Assembly: GCA_045541795.1 (NCBI GenBank) | Contig: JAZQJV010000003.1 | Location: 1,623 to 65,622, forward strand | Reading direction: 5' to 3' | Origin: Patescibacteria group bacterium | GTDB taxonomy: Bacteria; Patescibacteriota; Microgenomatia; UBA1400; PJMF01 | DNA length: 64,000 nucleotides | Shown here: positions 7,923-17,954 of the stretch, piece after piece | Position numbering within the stretch: the stretch's first letter is position 1 | How the letters are laid out: every line of letters starts with the position of its first letter | The notes under the pieces: generated by a model | What the model saw: only the letters and a program-made list of their open reading frames with translations | Database searches by the model: none | Told to the model about the DNA's origin: nothing | Position numbers and translations under genes: made by a program

Positions 7923-8005
7923 CGGAGGCGATGGGCTTCGAACCCACAAGCCCTGCTAGGGCGACGACTTATCGGATCGTGTGTCTTTCCAATGACAACG
8001 CCTCC
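7923..8005 (-). tRNA. Atypical type II tRNA (Ser-like body; anticodon loop CCGATAA with GAT at 34-36) or tRNA pseudogene
   Basis: Acceptor GGAGGCG/CGCCTCC plus G73; D-arm TGTC..GG..GACA; anticodon stem ACGAT/GTCGT; variable arm GCCCT-AGC-AGGGC; T-arm GTGGG-TTCGAAG-CCCAT; upstream TGATATAAT. Confidence 0.75.
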
Positions 8006-8088
8006 GTGAGTCCACCCGATAAGGTAAAGATGATGTATTATATCATGGTTTGATGGCATTTTGACGGAGAAATGCCCCGCCCCCCCCT

Positions 8089-8463
8089 CTAGTCTTCTAG
8101 CGCCTGGGTGAGCTGTGCCTCCGCCGAGGCGAGCTGGGCGGGACTGGTGGCCTCCATGATGGCGGAGACGAGGTCTTTGAGGAAGCTGGCGGAAATGGTG
8201 GCCACCTGGGTGGTTTCTAGGCGGGGTGAATCAATGACCACCGTCTGGGCGGCAGGCTGACGGGTGGAAGTTGCACTGGCGGAGGTGAGGTCTTGCTGGT
8301 CGGCGAGGCTGGAAATTTCTACCAGTAGGCGTGACCACTCCGGCGTGAAGATCTCAATGATGGCGCCCGTGGAGACGGCGGCGATCGCCAAAGAGGCGAG
8401 CGCCTCGAGAGCGATTTTTTTGAGTGAGTGGGCGGCGCCTGCTGGCGTGATAGATGTGGTCAT
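8089..8463 (-). CDS. Hypothetical protein with N-terminal membrane anchor (124 aa)
   Basis: ATG 8463 directly after TGCTATAAT; hydrophobic ALEALASLAIAAV segment. Confidence 0.65.
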   Translation of the reverse strand: MTTSITPAGAAHSLKKIALEALASLAIAAVSTGAIIEIFTPEWSRLLVEISSLADQQDLTSASATSTRQPAAQTVVIDSPRLETTQVATISASFLKDLVSAIMEATSPAQLASAEAQLTQALED

Positions 8464-8507
8464 GGGGGTATTATAGCACAATGTTGGCGGCGGGGAAAGG
8501 GGAAGAT

Positions 8508-8692
8508 TGGCGGTGTCATCTTGGGGTTGTCCAGGATGGTGCCTGAATAACGCCAAACACATTTGAGACTGGAAAAGGAACTCAACTGGAATTTTTAATA
8601 TCTTGACAAAATGGCAGTTTTGTGATATAATAGTAACATCAAGCTTCAATTGATGCTGGCGGTGTCATCTTGGGGTTGTCCAGGATGGTGCC
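8508..8692 (+). repeat. Perfect 36-bp direct repeat pair (8508-8543, 8657-8692) bracketing a consensus promoter
   Basis: TGGCGGTGTCATCTTGGGGTTGTCCAGGATGGTGCC x2; TTGACA-N17-TATAAT at 8603-8631 between the copies. Confidence 0.9.
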
Positions 8693-8716
8693 GCCATTTG
8701 TAAGAAAAACAGGATT

Positions 8717-9106
8717 ATGCAGCGAGAAAAGAGAGGTAAAAAATCTGGTGGTTTAGTGTTGAGGAAACATGAGCAGTCAACGGTAGAGTTTTTGCAGGAA
8801 AAGGGTTTCAATTTGAAAGTGATACCTCCCAGTAACGTGACAGGAGTCAAAACTCCCGACCTTTTGATCTCTGGTATCCCATGGGAGATGAAATCCATTA
8901 CTAAGTCAAACACAAAGACAATCGAAAGAAGCTTTGGGCACGGACTCAAGCAAGCACCAAACTTGATATATGACTTGCGCAACCTCAAAACTGACGAAGC
9001 GGAGCAAGCAGTTAGGATATTGCAATGGTGCATAAAGAAGTTTCACCACGCGAAACAGCTCATGGTTATTACCAAAGATAGACAACTGCTCAAGTTGGAA
9101 AAGTGA
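8717..9106 (+). CDS. Stand-alone CdiA C-terminal-like PD-(D/E)xK nuclease
   Basis: HE..T..FL..G, KTPDLLISGIPWEMKS, LKQAPNLIYDLR. Confidence 0.75.
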   Translation: MQREKRGKKSGGLVLRKHEQSTVEFLQEKGFNLKVIPPSNVTGVKTPDLLISGIPWEMKSITKSNTKTIERSFGHGLKQAPNLIYDLRNLKTDEAEQAVRILQWCIKKFHHAKQLMVITKDRQLLKLEK

Positions 9107-9156
9107 CCATCCATTCCCCACTTGCATTTTGCGGGAAATATGGCATAATATACGGT

Positions 9157-10071
9157 ATGCCGAGTAACAACGCTTACGACTTTTTGCGTCAATCCATTGC
9201 GGGCGGCGCTGGCGCGCCCGCTCGTGTGCCCGCGCCGGCGGCGCGCACCACGCCAGGGGGCGCACCCGCTGATTACTCCGCCATCCAACCGGAGCAGCCG
9301 CGCTACCGCGCGCCTGGCGAGCGGGAGCGCGAGGCAGAACTGACGCTAGATGACCTCCCCCCCGTCCCGCCGATTTTGACCCTGCCGCCAGGCGTGGATC
9401 TGCTGGACTTTGTAGGCCGGGTGGAGCGGGCTTATGATATACATTATACGGATGATAAATATGTAGATCCTAGTCTTCGCGGGGCGGCCGGCAACAGTGA
9501 GCACGCGCTAGACCTGCTGGATGATGCGGCCGTACGGATGAGTTTTGCTGACTACGCGGCTGCCAGCGATCTGTTTTCTTTGTGCGTGATACTGGCGCCA
9601 AATTATTTTTATCATTTTTGTTTGGCCTCGGCGCGCTATCATATGGGAGATTTTGATGGTACACTCGCCTACTCGCGGCTGGCTTTGGAAGGTATCCGCA
9701 AAAACGAAGAATTGAGTGACGGCATTCATTTTTACATGGATCAAATGGACTTTGTAGACGCTTTTTACTTCCAGTTTATCGAGAGTTTGATTTTTACAGG
9801 CAATCTGGACGAGGCCAAAAGCATGACGGATTTTGTAGTGAGTGGCAACGTCTTCCAGGTGGCCCAAAGTTACCTGGATCTGGCGTGTGATTACTCGCTG
9901 ATCGGTGAGTTGGCTTACGCCGCTAAGCTTATAGACCGGCTGATGCCGTATATCGGAGAGCTGGATGAAAAACGGCGCGCAATACTTTTAGCCTGGATAC
10001 CAAATATTTTGGCCGGTAAACCGGGCGAAAAACTAGTGGTGGACGGCGTGGACTTGACAAAACGGGGATAG
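9157..10071 (+). CDS. Hypothetical helical-repeat (TPR-like) protein
   Basis: Start after TTGCAT-N17-CATAAT; Pro/Ala-rich N-terminus; LASARYHMGDFDGTL..Y and GNLDEAK TPR-like helices. Confidence 0.6.
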   Translation: MPSNNAYDFLRQSIAGGAGAPARVPAPAARTTPGGAPADYSAIQPEQPRYRAPGEREREAELTLDDLPPVPPILTLPPGVDLLDFVGRVERAYDIHYTDDKYVDPSLRGAAGNSEHALDLLDDAAVRMSFADYAAASDLFSLCVILAPNYFYHFCLASARYHMGDFDGTLAYSRLALEGIRKNEELSDGIHFYMDQMDFVDAFYFQFIESLIFTGNLDEAKSMTDFVVSGNVFQVAQSYLDLACDYSLIGELAYAAKLIDRLMPYIGELDEKRRAILLAWIPNILAGKPGEKLVVDGVDLTKRG

Positions 10072-10115
10072 TGTGATATAATAATATAGGATATGATAGA
10101 AAAAGTAACGACAAG

Positions 10116-13100
10116 ATGACAACAGAAGGAGCCAGATTATCAGCACAGGATCTAGGATTACCAGGTTGGAATTACGATCCCGAGCTGTCTAGACATGATG
10201 TTTTAACGGATACCGAATTGACTGAGGCATATGATGACAATGAGCGCCATGACGAAATAAATAAACTACGAAGTACGTACGAGCGTATCACTCATGAGTA
10301 TCAGCAGGATGGCGATACCGAGCTTTTGCTATCAGAGCTAAAGGTCCTATCTGCCTCAGCAGAGAAATTAACTAAAAAGTACCGTGAGCAGCGCATGGCA
10401 ATTTTGAAGAGCACTGAAAAAGACCCGGATGAAGTTTCACTTGCTTCTGCTCATTTAGCTTTCACAGCGATAAAGGATGTACATGACCTCACGGATAAAA
10501 TCAACGGGATCGTGGACACCGTCAGCGGCGAGGCAACAGCGCAAAAAGCGCCACTGGGATCGGAAACGAGGGCCGCTGGCGAGCCGACCAAGACAGAGCA
10601 GGCAGAGCCGGAAGTAAAACCGGCGGCAGAATCAACGCCAGAAGAAAAGCCGGCCGACAATGATACCGCCAAAACCGAGACTCAGCAAGAGAGCAAACCG
10701 GCCGAGAAGGAAGAACGGCCGCAAGAAAAACAAGAGGAAAAACCGGAAGAAAAGCTACCTTTCCAGCCAGAGCAAGTGAAGGTAAAAGGTGCAGACGGCA
10801 AAGAAAGACTGCTCAAACCTGAAGAGTTGGCTTGGTGGCAACCCGGCAAGACAGTAGAATGTATCAGTGGCTGGGATAAAATCGGCAGTGTGGCCGACGG
10901 CGGAATAGATAACGGCAGTCATATGTTCCGACTAGATAGCGGGACAGGACAGCTGATACTGCGCACGGCAGACGTGCCACCTACAGACAATGATAGCGTG
11001 GTGGATGAGCGTTTCCGCCCGCGGCGATTGGGAGAGATAAAAGAAATACAGGTACTCACGAGCGAGTGGAGCCAGACCAAGCAAGACGAGGCCGCACGGC
11101 GAAATGAGTATGAAGTGCTAGTCCGGACAAAAGACGGACGGGAATACCGTTTTGTGAGTACAGACAGCGAGATGTCACGTGAGCAAGCGCGAGTGGCTTA
11201 TGAGCAAGAGCAACAGGAGCAGCGTCAGGCCGCCCAGGCGCGAGAAGAAGAGCGGACTAAAGCTATCGAAGGCCACGAAAAAGAGCTGGCGATGGCGGAG
11301 CTTTTGGGGATCAAGGAAGATCTACACCAGATCAGCGAGGCGGCCACTATCGGCCTGCGTGACGACGGCAGCAACCGGCTGGATGAGAACAGTTTTGACA
11401 GTCTCCACCGAGAAATCCGCCGGAGCGTACTCACCAGGCGTCTGGAGACAGTGACAGCCATGCTAGAAGGTGGCGCGAGCGAGGACGAGCGGCGGGAGCT
11501 GGTAGCCGAGCAGGCGGCAATCCGTGAAGAGTTAAGTAAACTCAATGCTGCCGGGACGGCGCTAGAATTTGGTGAAATCAAAGATAAAAACGGGAAATTG
11601 ATCCTGAAGGCACGCGAGTACCAAAATTACCGTGAAGCGCTCAAAGGGGAAATCAAGGCCAGATCTACCCAACTAGAGCGTTACGCCGAGCGCGCCAACA
11701 AAAAAGATGGCCTCAAACCGCATGAGAGGTACGCTTTTGAGGAAGCACGCAAGGCTCTGGATGAGGCGATCGCCGTACAGCTAGAATATGAAGCCATAGC
11801 CGAGTATGATAGTTACCAGGCGCGGATAAATGCTATCAGCGAGGCGACGATCACTTACAAAGGTAGTGATAATAAAGACGTGACGGTGGATTTGCGCTCA
11901 GACGAAAAGAGCAAAAACGGAGAGATTTTATCTTTGCAGGGCAAACTTGCCGAGCTGGGTGACCAGATCGCGGCGGCGCAAGATTTCATCACTCGGATAG
12001 AGCAAAACCCTAATGCCCGTTATGACAAGCAGACGGTGGCAGAGGTAAAAGAAAAACGAGAACTGATCAAAGCCAAAAACAAGCAAGCTGAGCAAATCCG
12101 TGAAGTAATGCGCCAGCTGGAAGAAAAAGCCAGGAATTTGATGACTTTGCGTCAGGTCTTTTACCTACAAGCGCACGGTCGGGTGGAAGAAGAAGATGCC
12201 GCTCGCAGTGAGATGGGTATCGCTTATGACGTGACCAACGGCAATAATGAGTTTTTTAGCTATGCACTCACGGTGGCTTTAGGCAGCAGCGGTATCCAGG
12301 AGCAGTTAAAAGACTCTACGCTCAATGCAGACGGCCTGGCAGACATTTTGATCGGCCGGATGACACAAATTCATGACGACGCCGAGCGAGAATCCTCCCG
12401 TGGCAGCGGTATCGCTCGGGCGGTAAACTCTTTGCGGATGCTGAGTTTGTCTAGTACTTTCATTGATAAGGCTTACTACGGGATCGCAGGCAACGATGGC
12501 GTTTTTTCCAATAAACTCACTAGTGAGATGCTCATGATGTCTGGCGCGCAGCTGCTGCAAGCCAAGCGCAAGGCGCTAGAAGCCGTGCGCTACCGGGCGG
12601 GAGATTATGGTAGCACCAGCATAGACGATCAAGAAAATGCGCGCTGGCAAAAATTGAGAGCGGCCGAGGAAAATTGGGCAGCGAAAGACGCTGGCTTGAT
12701 GCCCAGAGTGATGGCCGCCGAGGATAATCTTGCTGAGCAAGACAGGAAACATCCGGCGGGATATAAGATCACGGCTGAGATACCGGTGGGTTATGAGTCC
12801 ATAGACCAAGCGATCGCCAGAGATGAGAATGCCCAGCGTGGTCAACAGCGCCGACGGGAAGCAGTAGGGCAGGCCAAGGGACAGCTAGACGACACGGTGG
12901 CGAGCCGGCTGGAGGACTTGCAGCCATACCGGGCAGAAGTCGATAGATACCGGGAAGATGTTTTCGCCAAGTATGACCGGTTGATGAGCGAGTGGGAGAC
13001 GGAAAAGAAGGCACTGAAAGCACAGGTAGACGCCAAGCAGACAGAAATCCAGGGTCTACTCAAGCAAAAGCAAGCACTGGAGGATGAGCGGAGACGTCGG

Positions 13101-15569
13101 CTTTTCCAGCTGGATCAACGGGCAGCCGCTGCCAGTGGTGAAAGTTTGCGCGAGATACAGGATGACCGGGCAGAAGTGATCACCGAGTACTCCGGCGGAC
13201 TAGAGGAAATAAACGAAAAACTGGCGACAACGTACCAAGAGTTGACCGCTCTACAGCCGGAAAAACTGGAAAGTGATGTCAGTTTCCAGGATTGGTTGGC
13301 AGAAAAAGGAATGCAACTTGATGCCGAAGAACTGGAAATTTTGCAGCCGTACTTAGACAAGATGGCCGAGGCCAACCGAGCATTCCAGACGCAGCGGAAA
13401 TTTGTGTCTCAAGTGAAATCCACGTGGCTTTTTACCGTGGTGGGGTCTTTTAACAACAGCAAGATGAGCTTGACGGCGGGTACCAATGAAATGGGTGGCT
13501 TTTTTGGCCGGCTAGATCAGACGAGCCACTTACGGCCAGACGGCGTGTCTAATCCAGAGGTGATGGAGGCAAATGATCTGTGGAATAAAAACTTTGGCAC
13601 GGGGAAGTTTGACGCTGAGGCGCAGCGTTACTTGGGAGAAAATGGGGACTTACAGCGGATAGTAGCAATGTGTGTACAGGAGCTGCGCAACCCGCGGAGT
13701 AAATACTGGGCGGGCAATAGTGACCTGAGTCAGAGTGACGGCGTGCGCAAGCTGGTGGATGAGATGTTTGACACGTACTGCAATACTGAGGGCCGGGAGA
13801 CGATCGGCAAGATGAGTAAGGAGCAGCGAGAGTTTGATAAGCAGCTGGTACTGATAAAAATTGCACGTGATGACTTGGTGCGTAAATACGCCGTGGAGGC
13901 TTACGGCGTGTGGTTTACCGCCCTGAAAAACAAGCAGTGGGACAAGCTGACGCATAGCGGCGTGCTGATGGCACTGACGTATGGACTGGTGAGGGGGAAA
14001 AATGGCAGCATGCGGGCGATGTTGGATTTTATAGATCTGGATGAGATCACGGCTAAAATACAGGCGCAAATAGATAAGTATTATCCGGAGGGCGATCCAG
14101 AAGAAGAAAGGCAATATCGCGGGCTTCAAGAAAAAATCGAGACGGAAGAGTTGATTATGCGCGAAGAAATGCGCAAGAATAATGAAGCCGGCCGCTTGCA
14201 GGCGGAAGAAAGAATTAGTAAGTTGCGCCGGAGTGTCGGAGACTTAGGAAAACGGTACGATCAGATGTCATCACTGGATCTATTGAAGGCGAGAGTACAG
14301 AGACACAAACTTTATTTAGATGCTGCCTTCCCCCATGGAACTTTAGATGAACGTGCTCAAATACGCCAGCAAGCCGTCGATACGAAACGCGAAAATGACG
14401 CAATTATACGTAGAGAACTAGAAAAATCTCAAGAAAACAAGCCTGGCTTAATGAGGAGGATATGGCGGGTGTTTGTTGGCAGCGAGAATCAGCCATCTGT
14501 ACGGGAAGAAACTGTAAAATATCAGTATACCTTTTCGGAAGAGGATTATATAAATACTTTCCTGAAATCTGGGGACGTGGAACTTACTGATCAGCAAATT
14601 CGCGAATTGGTACAGCGAGCCAGAGAACGTGGGGATATAGTTGACGGCCAAACTACCAGATCATCCACTGACTCAAATGGGACAACGAAAACTGAAGTAG
14701 TTGGCTCGCAAACAGTTGAATTTAAACCAATTAAACTCAATCTTAAAGCTGATTATTCATTTAAACCGAGGAAATTTAGTGATGATGCCCCTACAATGGA
14801 TGCTTACCTCAATCAACCTCCAGAAGGCAGGCAAGCAGCCGCCGATTGGCTCGATGCTCATGACGCTTTTGGCGAGATCATCGCTATGTGCAGCAGTCCG
14901 ATAGACAAAGGCTTGATAGAAGACCCGGAAAAACTGGTGGAAGCGATCAATAAGATCAATACCAATTTCTCACGGATTGCCTCGATCGCCCTAGATAATA
15001 GTGATGCTAATATTGCAGGTTTGCCTGGATCGGACGTAAAATATAACTACATGCGCGAAATGGCGGAGGCAGCATATTGCGGCTGGATAGAGAATGTGTT
15101 GCACACAGTTGGTGGGGCGCATCCCAGGCGTTTAATTGATGATGAAGGGATGCCAACCGATAGCAATAAAAAGTACGTCAGAGATTTTAATTCGATCCTA
15201 GCCGCTGTAAGGAGTTCTTTAGGCGACTTGGGTAGCAATTCGAGGAATAAATCAATTTATAACGAGAAAATTCATGCAATCCTAGATCTGAACTCTAAAT
15301 ATTATATGGGTCCAGAACAAGATATATATGAGCCAGATCCTTATGGGGAAGCTGCGTACGCATTCAGATATAAGGATTTTGTGGATGGTAATTTATTGCA
15401 ATATCTAGTAATGGACGTCGGTAAAAAAGTTGGTTATGCTGACTCTCATGGTACTTTGTTTGCGAAATGGAATGAACAAAGTAAGAGGATGGAATTGATA
15501 CCAGGTATGAGAATGCCAGATGAAATCTTACAGGTACTGAGAGAACCACTTACAGATTCTGATGGCTAA
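10116..15569 (+). CDS. Very large coiled-coil hypothetical protein (1817 aa)
   Basis: Long uninterrupted ORF, Glu/Gln/Arg/Lys-rich heptads, no recognisable motif. Confidence 0.85.
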   Translation: MTTEGARLSAQDLGLPGWNYDPELSRHDVLTDTELTEAYDDNERHDEINKLRSTYERITHEYQQDGDTELLLSELKVLSASAEKLTKKYREQRMAILKSTEKDPDEVSLASAHLAFTAIKDVHDLTDKINGIVDTVSGEATAQKAPLGSETRAAGEPTKTEQAEPEVKPAAESTPEEKPADNDTAKTETQQESKPAEKEERPQEKQEEKPEEKLPFQPEQVKVKGADGKERLLKPEELAWWQPGKTVECISGWDKIGSVADGGIDNGSHMFRLDSGTGQLILRTADVPPTDNDSVVDERFRPRRLGEIKEIQVLTSEWSQTKQDEAARRNEYEVLVRTKDGREYRFVSTDSEMSREQARVAYEQEQQEQRQAAQAREEERTKAIEGHEKELAMAELLGIKEDLHQISEAATIGLRDDGSNRLDENSFDSLHREIRRSVLTRRLETVTAMLEGGASEDERRELVAEQAAIREELSKLNAAGTALEFGEIKDKNGKLILKAREYQNYREALKGEIKARSTQLERYAERANKKDGLKPHERYAFEEARKALDEAIAVQLEYEAIAEYDSYQARINAISEATITYKGSDNKDVTVDLRSDEKSKNGEILSLQGKLAELGDQIAAAQDFITRIEQNPNARYDKQTVAEVKEKRELIKAKNKQAEQIREVMRQLEEKARNLMTLRQVFYLQAHGRVEEEDAARSEMGIAYDVTNGNNEFFSYALTVALGSSGIQEQLKDSTLNADGLADILIGRMTQIHDDAERESSRGSGIARAVNSLRMLSLSSTFIDKAYYGIAGNDGVFSNKLTSEMLMMSGAQLLQAKRKALEAVRYRAGDYGSTSIDDQENARWQKLRAAEENWAAKDAGLMPRVMAAEDNLAEQDRKHPAGYKITAEIPVGYESIDQAIARDENAQRGQQRRREAVGQAKGQLDDTVASRLEDLQPYRAEVDRYREDVFAKYDRLMSEWETEKKALKAQVDAKQTEIQGLLKQKQALEDERRRRLFQLDQRAAAASGESLREIQDDRAEVITEYSGGLEEINEKLATTYQELTALQPEKLESDVSFQDWLAEKGMQLDAEELEILQPYLDKMAEANRAFQTQRKFVSQVKSTWLFTVVGSFNNSKMSLTAGTNEMGGFFGRLDQTSHLRPDGVSNPEVMEANDLWNKNFGTGKFDAEAQRYLGENGDLQRIVAMCVQELRNPRSKYWAGNSDLSQSDGVRKLVDEMFDTYCNTEGRETIGKMSKEQREFDKQLVLIKIARDDLVRKYAVEAYGVWFTALKNKQWDKLTHSGVLMALTYGLVRGKNGSMRAMLDFIDLDEITAKIQAQIDKYYPEGDPEEERQYRGLQEKIETEELIMREEMRKNNEAGRLQAEERISKLRRSVGDLGKRYDQMSSLDLLKARVQRHKLYLDAAFPHGTLDERAQIRQQAVDTKRENDAIIRRELEKSQENKPGLMRRIWRVFVGSENQPSVREETVKYQYTFSEEDYINTFLKSGDVELTDQQIRELVQRARERGDIVDGQTTRSSTDSNGTTKTEVVGSQTVEFKPIKLNLKADYSFKPRKFSDDAPTMDAYLNQPPEGRQAAADWLDAHDAFGEIIAMCSSPIDKGLIEDPEKLVEAINKINTNFSRIASIALDNSDANIAGLPGSDVKYNYMREMAEAAYCGWIENVLHTVGGAHPRRLIDDEGMPTDSNKKYVRDFNSILAAVRSSLGDLGSNSRNKSIYNEKIHAILDLNSKYYMGPEQDIYEPDPYGEAAYAFRYKDFVDGNLLQYLVMDVGKKVGYADSHGTLFAKWNEQSKRMELIPGMRMPDEILQVLREPLTDSDG

Positions 15570-15706
15570 TCAGCAGGTTGTATACACATGACTTATTACT
15601 TGTTTACCTTAACCGGGTACTTATTGGTGTATTACACACGTATCATCTGACAACTCTAATTGAGCTTTAAGCTATTATATTAATGGCGCAAATGTGGTGA
15701 TGCTGA

Positions 15707-17866
15707 TTAGCCTCTGCCATTAGCAATGCTATTGAGTACCATTTCAATGTGTGACATGTTTTGCACGTCTTTGAGATCGACCTTATCAAAACCGAGCCTT
15801 TCATTAACAGCATTTCGAGACGCAACATTTCTTCTTTGCATGTAAGCCTGTTCACGAGCATACCATCTCGTAGGTGCTGGAAGAAGTCCTGCAGCTTCGG
15901 TAACGCTTTTCCAGATGCCACCATTACGGACTGACGAGCGCCAGTGTTGACGCGATCCTTCTCCATATTCCATCTCTTTTCTGATAGCAGCTTTACGGAT
16001 TGCAGCTTGGTTACTGACATCTGTTTTATTATCAATTTCGTAGCGTTCAAGCTGTTCTTGAAACGCTTTTCTCTTTTCCTGTAAGGCTGTCTTCGCAGCT
16101 TCCACTTCTGCATTTGCACGCTCGATGGCTTCATCAGTGTCATATCCTGCTTCTTCATATTTACCAATTAGCGCCCTACGTCCAGCATCCGACTGCATAC
16201 GATCTAGCTTTTCTTTGGCGGTATCACGGGCACTTAGGGCATTATTAAGATCAGAGTACATCTGTCCACTAATAGTGTCTCCTTGTTGTTCATCTACGTT
16301 CCTACTCGCTTCAATACGTCTTCTAGCATAGTCTGCCGCACCAATTACTGATCCTGCGCCCCATGCCATCGCTTCTCTCCCCGCAAACCTCCCCAACCCC
16401 ATCGCTCCCCGCCGCATCTGCCCGAGTGCGTACGCGCCGCCGGCATTCATCATGCGGCCGCCGGCCGCGCTGGCCATCTGCTCGAAAAAGCCCGGTCCAC
16501 CGGAGAGTTTTTGCTTGATGCCGTTGACGATCTCGGGGAGAGCGAGGAGCATGGCCATGGTAATAATTGTGCCGGCAGCACCGGCAGTTGCGCCTTCGCC
16601 TTTATTACCTGTAATATAAGGTGGTACAAAGCCGGCATCAGTGCCAGTACTGTACTTATTGATCACACCGGTCATCACGATAATGACGAAGACAATAATA
16701 GACGGAGCGAGGTTGGCCGCCATCTTTTTAATCCAGCTGGAGAAACTATTAGTGCCAGGGATGGCATGCATCATCAGGAAAAACGGCGAAAACATCGTAT
16801 ACAGGAGTACTGAGGCATAGGCTTTCATCAGGATGAAAAGCAGGCGGAAGAGACTAAAGACAAGTGCGATCATGAATATAAGTGCGACCGTGGCTCCAGC
16901 GAGATTGCCAGCAATCGTGCTCCAGACACTCTCTTTTCCCATGAAGGATTGGATCATTCCAGATACATTTGTGAAAACTGTGTCATATTTACCAGACAGA
17001 ACCACTGACGCTAAATCGCCAAAACTGCCAAACATCAGGCTGTTTTTTGTAAATGCGCCACTACCACCTGAGCTGCCAGACTTTATGTCCACAAATGACC
17101 CAATCAACAGCATGATCCAGTACATCACATCAATCATGAAGCCGGCAATAGCATAGGAAAAAGTAACTAGGATGAGGGCAATGACAATGCGCGGCAAAGC
17201 TTGCTGGGCGGTAATGGCCGCCTGCGAGCCGATTTGCTGGCGGAAAAGGATCATAATGGCGATAATGATGATGAGGATAGCAAAAATCATGTAGACAATA
17301 TTGCGAAAGACGCGCCAGATCCGCAGGAAGGGCGAGAGGGCATAGTAGCCATAACCTTGAGCGTAAGTGGGTGAGGCCAGCCCCATCGACTGCATGGCGT
17401 CAGCTACGTAATAGACGCCACTGGCGGGAGGATTGTACGTCTGGGCAATGAGGTTGGTGACGCCACCGATGACGCCGCCGGTTTTACTACCCTTGGCACT
17501 GCCAGTGCTTTCGTCGCCAGTGAGGTCTACCCAGAGGATGCCCTTGCTGGAGTTAAATTCTGTTTCTTTGAGGCAGTCGATATTGGCTTCTTTACAAGTG
17601 CGGCCTTCCTTGGTGATATTGAGGTTTTTGTTGTCATCTTTGGTGGAAGTGGGAAATCTCTGATCGTTGCCTGCGCTGTCGCCACCTGTTTTGTCACCAG
17701 AACTTCCGTTCGTGAAAAACTCGACCTCGATTTTGTTTTCTGAGGTGGTGGTGTCGGCCGCGCGCGGGCGGGCAAAAAGCTGGGTCATCACGGCCACGAG
17801 GCCTACCAGAAAGAGGGAGATTGAGATGTATCGTGCCCAAGGCAGTGTTTTACGTTTTGGTTGCAT
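15707..17866 (-). CDS. Multi-pass membrane protein, TrbL/VirB6-like, with a soluble C-terminal tail
   Basis: W..FRNIVY, LPRIVIALILVTFSYAIAGFMID, F.PFFLM..AIPG...FSSWIK pattern typical of CPR VirB6-like proteins. Confidence 0.65.
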   Translation of the reverse strand: MQPKRKTLPWARYISISLFLVGLVAVMTQLFARPRAADTTTSENKIEVEFFTNGSSGDKTGGDSAGNDQRFPTSTKDDNKNLNITKEGRTCKEANIDCLKETEFNSSKGILWVDLTGDESTGSAKGSKTGGVIGGVTNLIAQTYNPPASGVYYVADAMQSMGLASPTYAQGYGYYALSPFLRIWRVFRNIVYMIFAILIIIIAIMILFRQQIGSQAAITAQQALPRIVIALILVTFSYAIAGFMIDVMYWIMLLIGSFVDIKSGSSGGSGAFTKNSLMFGSFGDLASVVLSGKYDTVFTNVSGMIQSFMGKESVWSTIAGNLAGATVALIFMIALVFSLFRLLFILMKAYASVLLYTMFSPFFLMMHAIPGTNSFSSWIKKMAANLAPSIIVFVIIVMTGVINKYSTGTDAGFVPPYITGNKGEGATAGAAGTIITMAMLLALPEIVNGIKQKLSGGPGFFEQMASAAGGRMMNAGGAYALGQMRRGAMGLGRFAGREAMAWGAGSVIGAADYARRRIEASRNVDEQQGDTISGQMYSDLNNALSARDTAKEKLDRMQSDAGRRALIGKYEEAGYDTDEAIERANAEVEAAKTALQEKRKAFQEQLERYEIDNKTDVSNQAAIRKAAIRKEMEYGEGSRQHWRSSVRNGGIWKSVTEAAGLLPAPTRWYAREQAYMQRRNVASRNAVNERLGFDKVDLKDVQNMSHIEMVLNSIANGRG

Positions 17867-17954
17867 AGCCCATAGCTGTATTATACCTCAGTTTTGCAAA
17901 AATGCAAGATGCAATTGCTAGGGAAATGATGGATGGATCAAGAAGTCGGCAATT

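Noticed and set aside
8080-8087. C8 run as a second phase-variation tract
   Set aside because: It lies just past a stop codon in intergenic DNA and affects no frame.
8508-8692. 36-bp repeats as a mini CRISPR array
   Set aside because: Only two copies, a 113-bp spacer that is a promoter, and no cas genes in the window.
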